DNA of 64,000 nucleotides from a virus (taxonomy: Duplodnaviria > Caudoviricetes): the IMG/VR virus record IMGVR_UViG_3300037453_000316, positions 6,372 to 70,371 of that record, one strand, 5' to 3'. The notes beneath the pieces were generated by a model, which was not told where the DNA came from, ran no database searches, and was given only the letters and a program-made list of their open reading frames with translations. Every line of letters starts with the position of its first letter. Within the stretch, counting starts at the first letter, position 1. The translations under genes were made by a program, and so were the position numbers. Positions 1-9,921 of the stretch are shown piece after piece.

Positions 1-248
1 AATTTATTATGCCAGAACTTATATACAAGACGATGATATGAAACCCAAGTGGTGTAGTCACAGCATTTGCAAGTCCATCCTTCACCACCCTGTGAATCGG
101 TGTCAAACTGCTTCATTTCCTTTCCACACACCGGACATATTCCGTTGTTCCACCTCTTGTATTCATAATAGGAAGCGATGTATGAGATTGCTATCATAAT
201 CACAAGTACGATGAGCACCATCGCTAAAAAAATCAAAAATTTAGTCAT
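1..248 (-). CDS. Membrane-anchored zinc-ribbon protein (3' end runs off the window)
   Basis: Hand translation from ATG at 248: MTKFLIFLAMVLIVLVIMIAISYIASYYEYKRWNNGICPVCGKEMKQFDTDSQGGEGWTCKCCDY...; N-terminal TM helix plus CxxC..CxxC; no stop before base 1. Confidence 0.75.
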   Translation of the reverse strand, partial: MTKFLIFLAMVLIVLVIMIAISYIASYYEYKRWNNGICPVCGKEMKQFDTDSQGGEGWTCKCCDYTTWVSYHRLVYKFWHNK

Positions 249-274
249 ATTAACTACTTTTACGATGTTAAAAA

Positions 275-721
275 CTATAATAAAACCGTATATCCCATAC
301 TTGTAAGAAATTCAATGGATTCTTCTATCTTATCCATTTCTTTCTTTTCTTCTATTCTTTTCTCTCTTTCTATTTTCGAATCTATCTTTTTCTTCTCCGT
401 CTCTATTCTCCATTCACGTTCTTCGTCGGATTCCATTTCATCCCACACCACATTGATGTCCATCCATCCCGATGTATTCTGCTCCGGATAATCATCGTTA
501 TAGTACGGTTCACAAGAATCAAATTCTATGGCGAAATTCTTGCATGAATCCTCCCTCCTGTAAAGTTTTTCCTGAAATTCCTTTTCATACACCTTTACTC
601 TCTCACGAAGTTCATCCAAAAAGGATGTGGACATATATGTCGGGTTGTTTTCAAGATGAAAAAGATTTCTTCTTATGTTGTTAAATACAACATCCGGTAT
701 TACATTGCCTTTATACTCCAT
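275..721 (-). CDS. Hypothetical acidic protein
   Basis: ORF track 275..769; ATG at 721 (MEYKGN) preferred because a TATCTTTG promoter element lies at 737-756. Confidence 0.7.
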   Translation of the reverse strand: MEYKGNVIPDVVFNNIRRNLFHLENNPTYMSTSFLDELRERVKVYEKEFQEKLYRREDSCKNFAIEFDSCEPYYNDDYPEQNTSGWMDINVVWDEMESDEEREWRIETEKKKIDSKIEREKRIEEKKEMDKIEESIEFLTSMGYTVLL

Positions 722-736
722 TGCTATCTTGTTTTT

Positions 737-756
737 TTTTACAAAGATACTATTTT
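737..756 (-). promoter_or_regulatory. Bacteroidota sigma-A-type -7 promoter element (AAAATAGTATCTTTGTAAAA)
   Basis: Matches TAnnTTTG; the same 20-mer recurs at 24300-24319 (+) and 35759-35778 (-), each upstream of a gene start. Confidence 0.75.
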
Positions 757-1061
757 TTTTCCAAAACATCCATATCAGTATAAAGAGTCGGCATTTTTTT
801 CATTTCATATTTTTCAATCACATCGGAATCCACAAACTCTATTTCATTCGTGGTAATCCTATCCACACCCATATTCATCGGTCCTTTGTCGATAAGTCTT
901 CCGAAATACAATGAATTTTCACAATCTGCATCAAAGCGGTTTCCCACTTTGACCTCTACCGTTCCGGAAAATTTCACATACCTCTGTAAGTCGATTGAAA
1001 AGTATGCCTTGTCCGGATTTAAGGAGTAACATTCTCCCGTCTTTATTTCTTTCCTGTCCAT
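750..1061 (-). CDS. Hypothetical protein
   Basis: 103-aa ORF tightly packed in a minus-strand operon. Confidence 0.7.
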   Translation of the reverse strand: MDRKEIKTGECYSLNPDKAYFSIDLQRYVKFSGTVEVKVGNRFDADCENSLYFGRLIDKGPMNMGVDRITTNEIEFVDSDVIEKYEMKKMPTLYTDMDVLEKK

Positions 1062-1417
1062 TATAAATTAAGTTTAGTTTCAAGTTCATCATACAAGGCG
1101 TTCTCCATCATCTTGAACATTTTCGTCCTTGAATCTAGAATACGCCTGTCCACAACCATATTGTTATTGTTATAAAGTTCCTTGCAGTCGTCACAGACGA
1201 AATTCTCAACATCGTTCCGTCTCTTGTCTGTGAATATCTTCTTACCGCAGATGGCACACTCCCATTCTATTATGCCTTTGTTCCTCTCATATGTAACACG
1301 GTCACATATACAGTTGAACAGAGGGTCAAGAACCAAGTCAAGTTCTTGGTTCTCAATCCTCTGTATTATAGTTTTCTTGAACTTGTTCAGTTCGAGGTCA
1401 TCTATTATACCAGACAT
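1061..1417 (-). CDS. Hypothetical zinc-ribbon protein
   Basis: CAICGKK...CDDC motif; stop overlaps the next start. Confidence 0.7.
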   Translation of the reverse strand: MSGIIDDLELNKFKKTIIQRIENQELDLVLDPLFNCICDRVTYERNKGIIEWECAICGKKIFTDKRRNDVENFVCDDCKELYNNNNMVVDRRILDSRTKMFKMMENALYDELETKLNL

Positions 1418-1836
1418 TTCAGAACTAAAGTTATAATTCCACCTATCAGTCCGAGTGTCAGGAACGACAATACCAATACACTCTTCACAGTTAAATACTG
1501 CTTATCAAGTCTATACGCCGGTGTGAATACTATAAGATAACCGTGTTCGTAGGTTTCACCGTCATCTTCTTCAAGGGGCTTGAGTTCATAGGCGAGTAGG
1601 TCGATTATATTGTGCTTTACCAGCAGCTCTTGTATCTCGTCGAGTTCCTTTCTCAAAAGAACTTCGTCCTCATATGTACCGAGTTCAACCTTTACATCCC
1701 TGTTTATGACCTTGTACATACGACCAATCCAGTCCATCTTCAAACCCACCTTCTTGAAATCTTCGGTGTTTTTCTTATAGACCTTCTTTATTTCACGCCA
1801 TACTTTGCACTCCCTTATGAAATTTGCTATCCACAT
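1405..1836 (-). CDS. Hypothetical protein with C-terminal TM helix
   Basis: C-terminal hydrophobic stretch VLVLSFLTLGLIGGIITLVL. Confidence 0.7.
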   Translation of the reverse strand: MWIANFIRECKVWREIKKVYKKNTEDFKKVGLKMDWIGRMYKVINRDVKVELGTYEDEVLLRKELDEIQELLVKHNIIDLLAYELKPLEEDDGETYEHGYLIVFTPAYRLDKQYLTVKSVLVLSFLTLGLIGGIITLVLKCLV

Positions 1837-1855
1837 ATACCGTAAATCTTTTTAT

Positions 1856-2479
1856 TTATTTATCGAAGTCGTCAAAGATTATCGGAATCCTTCTCTGGAA
1901 CTCCTTCAAGAGAGGAACTGCGATTTCCCTCATCTGCGGGTGGGCTGCCGAAGATGTCCTCATAGAGAAGAAATGTCTCCACTCCCTCAGGTTCATCGTC
2001 ATAACTATTTCAGTCTTCAGTGAGTTCGGAAGTACGCTTCTCGCTTCCTGTGGTGTTGCACCGAGTTCAATCAGTCTGTTGTAGCAGATTTCACTGTGCT
2101 TCATAGCGGCTCTCCACACTTTGTACTTTTCATCGTCCTTGTCCCAGAAGCAAGGTTCTATCACGGTGATTTCATTTCCGAACTTTCCTTTCGAATAGTT
2201 GCAGTATCTTGTCGACTCCTGTGTGTATGCTGCCAAACGGTGTCTGACGATTTCGTGTGAAACACCCCTGTCACATATTACACGGACAGTCACCGACTGG
2301 TGCTCGATTACCGAAAGGTGTCCCCTTTTGAGTATCATACCCACGAAATCCTTTGCAGAATCTTCGGTTATCTTGTCTTCACTCTTGTATGCCGTTCTGC
2401 CGGCGAGTTCAATCTGTTTCAGAATATAGTCCTGGTCTATATTCGACTCAATTACGAAATAAGGTTTTATTATATTCAT
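1856..2479 (-). CDS. thyX: Flavin-dependent thymidylate synthase
   Basis: ThyX signature RHRLAAYTQESTRY, plus HLSVIEH, EARSVLP and NLREWRHF. Confidence 0.95.
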   Translation of the reverse strand: MNIIKPYFVIESNIDQDYILKQIELAGRTAYKSEDKITEDSAKDFVGMILKRGHLSVIEHQSVTVRVICDRGVSHEIVRHRLAAYTQESTRYCNYSKGKFGNEITVIEPCFWDKDDEKYKVWRAAMKHSEICYNRLIELGATPQEARSVLPNSLKTEIVMTMNLREWRHFFSMRTSSAAHPQMREIAVPLLKEFQRRIPIIFDDFDK

Positions 2480-2494
2480 ATCTAAAAAATTAAA

Positions 2495-3583
2495 TTACTT
2501 CTTTATTTTACTCAACCACTGCTCCCAGATATTGCTTGCTATATGTGCCATCATAACCGGAGGAACCGACATCCCGCAGACATAGCACACACTCTGGTCA
2601 AGGAAGTTGTAGTCCGAAGGGAATGTTGAAATCTTTATCAGTTCACTGTCACTGTAAAGACAAGGATGTTCGAAATGCACATTGGTATGAATGGCGGCCG
2701 TTATGGTTTTCGACACTCTATCCTTGTAGTTCAGTCTTTCGGAGAAATGTGCCCATTTCCCGTTGATACGGTAGTTTATTTCACCGAGACTGTGGTCTCC
2801 ATACACCCTCTCCTTCCATAACTTATATCTGGACGTACCTTCCTTGAGTATTTTCCCCTTATAGTCGGACACTTCTCCGAGAGTTATGGGCTTTTCGTTG
2901 AAATTCATAGACAGCAGAGGTTCCTTTCCAAACATCATATCCATATTCGGAACACATTCTACAAGGTCTTTCCTTATGCACACGAAGAAAACACGCTTCC
3001 TTATCTGCGGGACACCCATATCCTCACCGTTCAGAAGAAACTCCGTGACGGCATATCCGGCGTCATCGAAGGAATCGTAAATCCTATTCACATATTTTTT
3101 CGCCTTGCCTATCAGGATACCTTCAACATTCTCCGCCACCACAACCTTCGGTTGCAACCTTTTGGCGAGGGCAATAAAATCAAAGAACAAGGTGTCAAGA
3201 ATTTGCTCCTTCTGTCCTTCCCTGAATTTCTTGGTCTTCCCCCACTCTTCTTCCCGTTTACCAAATATGGAGAACGAACTACAAGGAGGACTTCCGTCAA
3301 GGATGTCAAGTGAATAAAGTTCCTCCGGAAGATTATCCATATCCACCATTTCTCTGATGTCACACACATAGTTGTATCTCGGATGGTTATTCTCCACATA
3401 CAACCTGTTCATTCTATCATCCACCTCATTGCAACCGATGACATCGAATCCGGCGAGCTTGTATCCCATTGTACTGCCACCACCACAAGCAAAACAAGAG
3501 AACACTTTTCCTTTGTCCTTCTTGAACTGGGTGTTTGCAAAACTCCAATCATAAGGAAATTTATGAGTTTTATCGTTTTCCAT
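2495..3583 (-). CDS. C5-cytosine DNA methyltransferase
   Basis: Motif I FACGGG, catalytic GSPPC, ENV, QIRKRVF. Confidence 0.92.
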   Translation of the reverse strand: MENDKTHKFPYDWSFANTQFKKDKGKVFSCFACGGGSTMGYKLAGFDVIGCNEVDDRMNRLYVENNHPRYNYVCDIREMVDMDNLPEELYSLDILDGSPPCSSFSIFGKREEEWGKTKKFREGQKEQILDTLFFDFIALAKRLQPKVVVAENVEGILIGKAKKYVNRIYDSFDDAGYAVTEFLLNGEDMGVPQIRKRVFFVCIRKDLVECVPNMDMMFGKEPLLSMNFNEKPITLGEVSDYKGKILKEGTSRYKLWKERVYGDHSLGEINYRINGKWAHFSERLNYKDRVSKTITAAIHTNVHFEHPCLYSDSELIKISTFPSDYNFLDQSVCYVCGMSVPPVMMAHIASNIWEQWLSKIKK

Positions 3584-3587
3584 ACTC

Positions 3588-3600
3588 TAAATATAACAAA
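3588..3600 (-). promoter_or_regulatory. Recurrent early/middle promoter-like motif TTTGTTATATTT(A/G/T)
   Basis: About 11 copies shortly upstream of replication/MTase gene starts: 3588, 7897, 9794, 41887, 43180, 52894, 53870, 55412, 56200, 63677 (minus) and 34072 (plus). TATATTT(A/G) resembles the TAnnTTTG -7 box. Confidence 0.75.
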
Positions 3601-3605
3601 AATAT

Positions 3606-3613
3606 CATAAATA
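3606..3613 (+). promoter_or_regulatory. Late promoter CATAAATA (T4 TATAAATA-like)
   Basis: Found upstream of structural and cargo genes. Plus strand: 3606, 4449, 12388, 18056, 21300, 43196, 46333, 48204. Minus strand: 12379, 16951, 18024, 27179, 29061, 29128, 31963, 33724, 34061, 37908, 49786, 58494, 59724. Confidence 0.85.
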
Positions 3614-3631
3614 TAATATATCAATTTTTAT

Positions 3632-4198
3632 ATGATACAGAAATTCGATGAATATATCAAATCAAAGACCTGGAAAGACTTCGAGAAGGAACTTGTCACG
3701 ATAACGGTAAGATATATAGATTTTGACGACAACGAGAAAACGGGTGAAATAATCTGCAACAAATCCATAAAGAACGATTTGGAGGAAATCTTTGAAGAAC
3801 TATATCAGGAAAGATACCAGATATATAATATTTCACCGATTTCTGAATATGGAAACGATGACAAGCTCTCGATGGCCTCTAACAACACATACTGCTACTG
3901 CAAGAGGATAGTTGCAAACTCAAACAGATTGTCAAAGCACGGTATGGGGCTCGCCATAGACATAAACCCCGTCAACAACCCGTGTCTTTACATCGGTGAG
4001 GACGGCAATATAGACCGTGTTTGCCCGAACACAAGTGACGCCAAGAAAAACATAGAGAGGAAACAGAGTTCCGAACATCAGATAAACAAGTCCAGCATAA
4101 TATACAAACTCTTCATAGAACACGGATTCAGATGGGGAGGTGAGTTCAAGAACAAAAAGGACTACCATCATTTTGAAAAGATAACAAAAAACGAATAG
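3632..4198 (+). CDS. M15-family zinc peptidoglycan peptidase with capsid-targeting-like N-terminus
   Basis: SKHGMGLAIDINP and KDYHHFE zinc-ligand motifs; N-terminus MIQKFDEYIKS; late promoter at 3606. Confidence 0.85.
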   Translation: MIQKFDEYIKSKTWKDFEKELVTITVRYIDFDDNEKTGEIICNKSIKNDLEEIFEELYQERYQIYNISPISEYGNDDKLSMASNNTYCYCKRIVANSNRLSKHGMGLAIDINPVNNPCLYIGEDGNIDRVCPNTSDAKKNIERKQSSEHQINKSSIIYKLFIEHGFRWGGEFKNKKDYHHFEKITKNE

Positions 4199-4200
4199 AA

Positions 4201-4467
4201 ATGAAAAACATATTAGATTTTGACGATTATACGAAATCAAATAATTGTGATTGCTGTAACTCCGGCGAAGACAAAATGTGTGACATAAACGAACTTGCCG
4301 ACGGGATATACAAGGCGAGGTTCTACGACTGGATTTTCGAATTGGAAGACGGAAGGAAGTACAAGACACACTATGGTGTAAGGTGCAGTAGAAAATGTTC
4401 CAAGCTCACACAATATGAAGTAAAGGGAGGTGAGTTCACAGAAACGGACATAAATACAAATATATAA
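4201..4467 (+). CDS. Putative internal head protein
   Basis: N-terminus MKNILDFDDY; Cys-rich. Confidence 0.6.
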   Translation: MKNILDFDDYTKSNNCDCCNSGEDKMCDINELADGIYKARFYDWIFELEDGRKYKTHYGVRCSRKCSKLTQYEVKGGEFTETDINTNI

Positions 4468-4482
4468 GAACATATTCATATT

Positions 4483-5070
4483 ATGATAAAGAATTTTGAT
4501 GAATTTATAATTGAATCCGAAGGAAACAAACAAGTTGTAAAATATCGCTGGCTCGATTATTTCAATAATAGATGGTATGAGACAAAATGTGAAATCGTTT
4601 CACATACGGACAAAACCGCCCAGATAAAACTGCTTGAATTTGGTCCAAAGGGTTCAAGACCCGGAAGAGTGATGAGAGTACATCTGAATTCCCTGATAGG
4701 TTTCGATGATGGAAAACCAAAACCGGAACCGAATTTATCTTGGAGAAGATATACCGACCCCGATTTGTTCGGTGACAAAGATGATGACGATGATGTCAAT
4801 GAAAGTAAAAATCCGGTCGAAAGACAGACCGAAGCAAAGAACCTCGCCGAGATAGCGAAGAAATATTTCAAGAATAAAGACTTGGAGAATGCCGGAAAAG
4901 CCTGGTGTGAGATTTACGACCTGTACGATGATATGTACGACGAGGACACTCACAATGAGGAGGAACGGTTAAAACTGTTTTCAGATTTCCAGAAGATTAT
5001 GAGACTGTTCACCGACGATGAGGTCTTTGGAATAACGGACTACTTGAAAGAAAAGCATTTCAATAAATAA
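4483..5070 (+). CDS. Putative internal head protein (two modules)
   Basis: MIKNFDEFIIES N-terminus, internal VNES site, own late promoter at 4449. Confidence 0.65.
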   Translation: MIKNFDEFIIESEGNKQVVKYRWLDYFNNRWYETKCEIVSHTDKTAQIKLLEFGPKGSRPGRVMRVHLNSLIGFDDGKPKPEPNLSWRRYTDPDLFGDKDDDDDVNESKNPVERQTEAKNLAEIAKKYFKNKDLENAGKAWCEIYDLYDDMYDEDTHNEEERLKLFSDFQKIMRLFTDDEVFGITDYLKEKHFNK

Positions 5071-5097
5071 AAAAGGAGAGTTTTAAACTCTCCTTTT
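5071..5097. terminator. Bidirectional intrinsic terminator
   Basis: AAAAGGAGAGT-TTTA-AACTCTCCTTTT hairpin between convergent genes. Confidence 0.85.
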
Positions 5098-5117
5098 TAT
5101 ATTTTATATGATATTTA

Positions 5118-6467
5118 TCATTTTATTTTCCTTTTTAGTTCATAAAGGTCTTCGAGATACATTTCCTTCGTATCTTTCCTCGAATACTCGTCTATCTGCT
5201 CCTTTTTCGCCTTCGTCTTGTTCAGCAGTTCATCATACTTCTCCTTTGTAAGAGAATGGATGGGCATATTCAGAAGATAACCGTAACTACCGTCTATTTT
5301 GTCGAACTTGTTTTCGTCCAGCCAAGATACGATTTCATCCTTCGGTACATTGTTCACCACAAGTTTCCTGCTTATTATCGCCTTTATGAACTTCGCCCTC
5401 ATAATCATCTCGTTGAGTTCTTCCGTCCATTTTCCAATCAGATAATCCTTCCTCTTCTGGTAGTATTCCATCCTGAAATCCACGAAATAGACAAGCATAT
5501 CCTCCACACAGTCGAACACTTTCAGTTTCTCGTTCTCGTCTATCGTGGTAAGGTTTTCCGTAACGGAATCGTTTATCTTCAAAAGTTTTTCAAGTTTCTC
5601 CTTGTCCGAAATGATTTTATTGAACTCCTCCTTCTTGAACTTCAACAGATAGTCGATATTTGACGATGAATTGTTGTCATAGTCACGGAGTATCTTTCCA
5701 TCTACAAGAGAGTCAAGATACGCCTCATATTTTTCAAAAGTCATATCCGGCGGAAGTTCCGTGATATGGATTTCCGGTTTTGTGTTTGAAATCTCATATT
5801 TTCCGTGAATATACCATTTCTTCTTGTTGTCTGCATCACGAACCCATTCACCGGAAAATTCCGACAACCAAGGTTTCAGTTCCTTCACCTTCTTCCCCTC
5901 GATGTGGTTGATACAGTTGTCGATGACATCCTTCGGATTACGGTTGAGAATATTTGAGGCGAAACCAACAGCGATACCGGAAGAACCGTTCAGTATGATT
6001 GTTGGTACTATCGGAAGAAAATATTTCGGTTCAATCTCTACACCCTCGTCTATCTGATTTTCAAGCAATTCGAAATCCTTGTAAAGGTTCCTGAAATTCT
6101 GTGAAAGTTTTGTTGATATGTAACGGGGAGCACCGGCGGTTGTTGAACGTAAAGTACCATACTGGCCGATACCTTCGAGAAGCGGGAGTGAGTTCTTGAA
6201 TGTCTGTCCCATTCCTGTCACGACATCGTTTGCAGAAGAATCACCGTGATGGTAGTAGGCATCGGCAGCCATCTTACCGACAAACTGGAACACCTTCATC
6301 GGTTTCTCGCTTCCAGTCTTCCATATCTTGTCCGCCACATATACGACTTTTCTGGCGGTCGGTTTCAGACCGTCTATCACCGAAGGGATTGCACGGTTCT
6401 CGATGACATCCATTGCATATTCCTTCACCTCCGTATTGAGGAAATCTGTTATGTTTTTAGTGTACAC
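5118..6467 (-). CDS. gp52: DNA topoisomerase II medium subunit (GyrA/ParC-like)
   Basis: RAIPSVIDGLKP, YHHGDSS, GAPRY (catalytic Tyr). Confidence 0.95.
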   Translation of the reverse strand: MYTKNITDFLNTEVKEYAMDVIENRAIPSVIDGLKPTARKVVYVADKIWKTGSEKPMKVFQFVGKMAADAYYHHGDSSANDVVTGMGQTFKNSLPLLEGIGQYGTLRSTTAGAPRYISTKLSQNFRNLYKDFELLENQIDEGVEIEPKYFLPIVPTIILNGSSGIAVGFASNILNRNPKDVIDNCINHIEGKKVKELKPWLSEFSGEWVRDADNKKKWYIHGKYEISNTKPEIHITELPPDMTFEKYEAYLDSLVDGKILRDYDNNSSSNIDYLLKFKKEEFNKIISDKEKLEKLLKINDSVTENLTTIDENEKLKVFDCVEDMLVYFVDFRMEYYQKRKDYLIGKWTEELNEMIMRAKFIKAIISRKLVVNNVPKDEIVSWLDENKFDKIDGSYGYLLNMPIHSLTKEKYDELLNKTKAKKEQIDEYSRKDTKEMYLEDLYELKRKIK

Positions 6468-6469
6468 AA

Positions 6470-7234
6470 TTAAAATAATTTATTTTTATTTTCATTGTAC
6501 GAATCATATATTCGTTTTTTTGATATTTCAAAATAATTATAATCTTTTTCTATACCTATAAAATTTCTACCAACATTCATACAAGCAACACCACAACTAC
6601 CACTACCCATTGTATTATCCAATACAACATCATCCTCATTTGAATATGTTAGTATTAAATATTCAAGAAGTTTTATTGGTTTTTGTGTCGGATGCTCAGT
6701 TTTACCAAGAGGTTCTCTATTAAATTCTAAAATATCACAAGGGTATCTATACCCATCATCTTTATATGGTTTTATTTGTGTATTTGACTGTGCCGTTACT
6801 ATGGAATCAAACACTTTTCCTTTTTTTGGACTATTTGTTCTCAATGGGCCATTATGTTTTCTTTTTTGTGGATTATATGTACACTGTTTATCATAAAACA
6901 CAATAATATTCTCTGTAAGTTTTCCAGGTCTTTTTTTAAGAAGCATAAAATTAGTGGGTTTTTCTTTCACCCAATACAAATCATACTTATACCATTCAAA
7001 GTTAGATAATCTTAATTTTGATGAGAATGGTTCTGTTCCAAACAATAGAATTACACCATTTTCTTTTATTATTCTATTATAATGTTCCCACAATTTATCA
7101 AATGGTATAATAATATCCCAACTACATTTTGTTGTTCCATATGGAAGGTCACATAATATTAAATCTATTGAATGTTCTTTTATATCATTCATTATATCAA
7201 TACAGTCACCATTATATATATTATATTCTACCAT
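6470..7234 (-). CDS. Beta-class N4/N6 DNA methyltransferase (AT-rich insert)
   Basis: DLPYG, HPTQKP, LDNTMGSGS. Confidence 0.92.
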   Translation of the reverse strand: MVEYNIYNGDCIDIMNDIKEHSIDLILCDLPYGTTKCSWDIIIPFDKLWEHYNRIIKENGVILLFGTEPFSSKLRLSNFEWYKYDLYWVKEKPTNFMLLKKRPGKLTENIIVFYDKQCTYNPQKRKHNGPLRTNSPKKGKVFDSIVTAQSNTQIKPYKDDGYRYPCDILEFNREPLGKTEHPTQKPIKLLEYLILTYSNEDDVVLDNTMGSGSCGVACMNVGRNFIGIEKDYNYFEISKKRIYDSYNENKNKLF

Positions 7235-7893
7235 AGTGCTTCATTATTTCTTTTGTATTTTTCGTTATTTGAAATTTTATTTTCAATATCGTCAATCTCA
7301 CATTCATACCTTTTGAATTTATTTGGTATGATGTTTACTTGTCCTTCGGTATTGTCTCCACCCCTGTGTTGTCTGTTAAAAAGTTCTTCTACAACTTCGT
7401 TTTCGATGACCCAACACCTTACTCTATCATAATAAACGGCGATAAAAACAAAATAATCACACAATTTTGGTTTTATTTGTTGAAAATTTATTGTTTCGTC
7501 ACCCGTACAATCGGAAAAATATAGTAATCTGTCCGCCGTTTGTTTATCTTTTTTATCACCCTTTTTAAAAATCCTTGACGATTTGACTTCAATTTTATAC
7601 CCGTTTATGGAATCAACATCATATTCTAAAGAATGTGTATTTTTTAACAAATATTTTTTATTTTTTTCAATAATAAATTCTTCAAAATATTCACCAAACG
7701 ACCTGGGTGTCATATCAACGACAAACTCATAACTGTCTTCTCTCCTCTTATTGTATTCAGTCCACATCTTTTTGCAAACATCATAGGGTATCTTTTCGTT
7801 AAATATACTATCCAACAAAATTTCTTTAATGTCTTTTTTTTCATCTGACAATATTATACCATATTTTGACAATTCTTCCCTAATGATTTTCAT
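7228..7893 (-). CDS. Putative PD-(D/E)XK restriction endonuclease
   Basis: YDVDSINGYKIEVKSS motif; translationally coupled to the MTase; AT-rich. Confidence 0.6.
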   Translation of the reverse strand: MKIIREELSKYGIILSDEKKDIKEILLDSIFNEKIPYDVCKKMWTEYNKRREDSYEFVVDMTPRSFGEYFEEFIIEKNKKYLLKNTHSLEYDVDSINGYKIEVKSSRIFKKGDKKDKQTADRLLYFSDCTGDETINFQQIKPKLCDYFVFIAVYYDRVRCWVIENEVVEELFNRQHRGGDNTEGQVNIIPNKFKRYECEIDDIENKISNNEKYKRNNEALW

Positions 7894-7911
7894 ATCTAAA
7901 ATATAACAAAA

Positions 7912-9789
7912 CTATTTCAACAATTTTTCTTTTCTTTTATCAGCATCCTTTCCGAACCATATTTCAAGTTCATCCAGTGCCACATCATCCAATTCGTAGT
8001 AATATATCCTCGGGTTCTGGATGAGTTCCTTGTACTCGATATCTTCCAATGCACCAAGACCTTTATAGTATTCAATATCCCATTTCTTCGGGTCGTTTTT
8101 CTTGCACCATTCGTCAAAGTCACTCTTACAGTAGAACTTCTCCGATTTTCTTCCCTGCCTTGCTATCAAGACGGGTGTCTCGATTCTTGCAATCCTGTGT
8201 TCCTTGATGAGTTCCGGCCAGTAGTAGGCGAAGATGTTCAAGAGAAGCCCGGCGATATCCGCCCCGTCCGTATCGGCATCGGTCAATATATGCACCTCGT
8301 TTATACGGAGACTGTCATTGAACACTTTGGTACCACGATATATAAACGGACTTCTACCGAACTGCAAACCCATAGCGGACATAATACCTTTCAGTTCCTC
8401 GTTTGCACGAACCTTGTCCTTCGGTGCAGTCCTTACGTTCAATATCTTTCCCCTGATAGGGAACAACGCCTGTGTGTTCGGGTCTCTGAACTTACGGAAA
8501 CCTGCGGCGGCGGAATCACCCTCCGTGATGGAAAGTGATGTCTTGCTCTTCTTCAGGGTACCCGCCCATCTGCAATCAACAAGTTTCTCAACTTTCACTT
8601 TGGTAATCGCCTTGTTGGCTTCCCTCTCCGCCTTGCTTTCATCGGCGACTTTCTTCTTGTCGAGCCAGTCGGTGATTGAGTTGGTTATCTCGCTCTTGTA
8701 AATCTGTGAAAGGAACTTTTCCGGAAGTTCGATGTTCGTACCGAAGTTATTGACATCGGAAATCAGTTTCTCCTTTGTCTGTGATGAAAAACTCGGCCTG
8801 ATAATCGTAGAGTTCACAAAAAGGAAAATATGGTTTCTTATCTGACCGGATAGAATATCCGTCTTGTATTTCTTCGATATTTTCTCCCTCATATAAGGGA
8901 CAATCTGGTCCATTATATACCCGATATGTGTACCACCGTCATATGTATAGACGGAATTGACATAACTAACAAACTGGAAGTTGCCCGTGGAACTCAACGC
9001 AACACCGACCTGCCAGTTTTCATTCTCCGTATACATCAACGGATTGTTCTCGTCAAGGTACATATTGCAATAGTCCTTGAACGAGTTTATCATAACTCTT
9101 TTTCCCTGAAAGTATATTGTAAGTTTCGGATTACATCCGGCGATTTCATAAACCCTCTTCTCCATAATCCTTATGTCATCGTCCGAAATCTCCTTCATAC
9201 CGAAGCGTGACAGTTCGGGTTTATATGTTATTCTCGTAAAATGCTTTGAAGTGGATGTGATTTTCTCCTTCGAGTGTTTCTTCATATTATTTGTCCACTC
9301 CATTTCGAATTTCTTCTTCCCGTCGGCGGTCTCGACGAGAAAGGATGTGGAGAAAATATTCGAGATTTTACTTCCCAGACCATTCGTGCCAACCCAGCTC
9401 CTGTCCTCATCATCGTTATAGTTGGATGAACTACGGAGGTTTCCGAAAATCATCTGAGGGACATACATCTTTGTATCCTTGTGCATCTCAACGGGAATAC
9501 CTCCGTTGTCGAATACGGAAACGACACCTTTGGACTTGTCTATTTCAACCTTTATGGTATTGAGGGTTGTATTCGGTCTTTTGCTTTCATCCACCGAATT
9601 GGATATGATTTCGTCGAAGAGCTTGTGAAAACCCGGATTATACATAACATCCTTCTGTACAAACTTGCCATCTTCGAGAACATACTGGCTTGATTTCTCC
9701 GATACCACACTTCCGAGAAACGAAGAGGGTCTCAAAAGGGTGTGGTCTATGTCGGAAAGTGTTTTGTAAATTTCATTGACATCTTTCAT
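7912..9789 (-). CDS. gp39: DNA topoisomerase II large subunit (gp39+gp60 fused; GyrB-like)
   Basis: EIISNSVDE, GTNGLGSK, TEGDSA, PIRGKILN, DADTDG, YYKGLG. Confidence 0.95.
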   Translation of the reverse strand: MKDVNEIYKTLSDIDHTLLRPSSFLGSVVSEKSSQYVLEDGKFVQKDVMYNPGFHKLFDEIISNSVDESKRPNTTLNTIKVEIDKSKGVVSVFDNGGIPVEMHKDTKMYVPQMIFGNLRSSSNYNDDEDRSWVGTNGLGSKISNIFSTSFLVETADGKKKFEMEWTNNMKKHSKEKITSTSKHFTRITYKPELSRFGMKEISDDDIRIMEKRVYEIAGCNPKLTIYFQGKRVMINSFKDYCNMYLDENNPLMYTENENWQVGVALSSTGNFQFVSYVNSVYTYDGGTHIGYIMDQIVPYMREKISKKYKTDILSGQIRNHIFLFVNSTIIRPSFSSQTKEKLISDVNNFGTNIELPEKFLSQIYKSEITNSITDWLDKKKVADESKAEREANKAITKVKVEKLVDCRWAGTLKKSKTSLSITEGDSAAAGFRKFRDPNTQALFPIRGKILNVRTAPKDKVRANEELKGIMSAMGLQFGRSPFIYRGTKVFNDSLRINEVHILTDADTDGADIAGLLLNIFAYYWPELIKEHRIARIETPVLIARQGRKSEKFYCKSDFDEWCKKNDPKKWDIEYYKGLGALEDIEYKELIQNPRIYYYELDDVALDELEIWFGKDADKRKEKLLK

Positions 9790-9921
9790 AACCTAAATAT
9801 AACAAACTATTTCAATTTAGGTATAAAATATTATGGCTCATTTGTAATAATAAAATATATCTTTTCAAAAAAAAACTTTTTTTCCTTTTTGTTATTTTTA
9901 AACTATAAATATCTTTGAATT

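Noticed and set aside
3932-4369. Long antisense ORFs in the six-frame track (e.g. 3932-, 5256+, 8234+, 24822-, 62958+)
   Set aside because: They fully overlap well-supported genes on the opposite strand and lack motifs or promoters; treated as shadow ORFs.
7912-9789. T4 gene 60-style translational bypass or intron in the topoisomerase gene
   Set aside because: One continuous 625-aa ORF with all motifs present.
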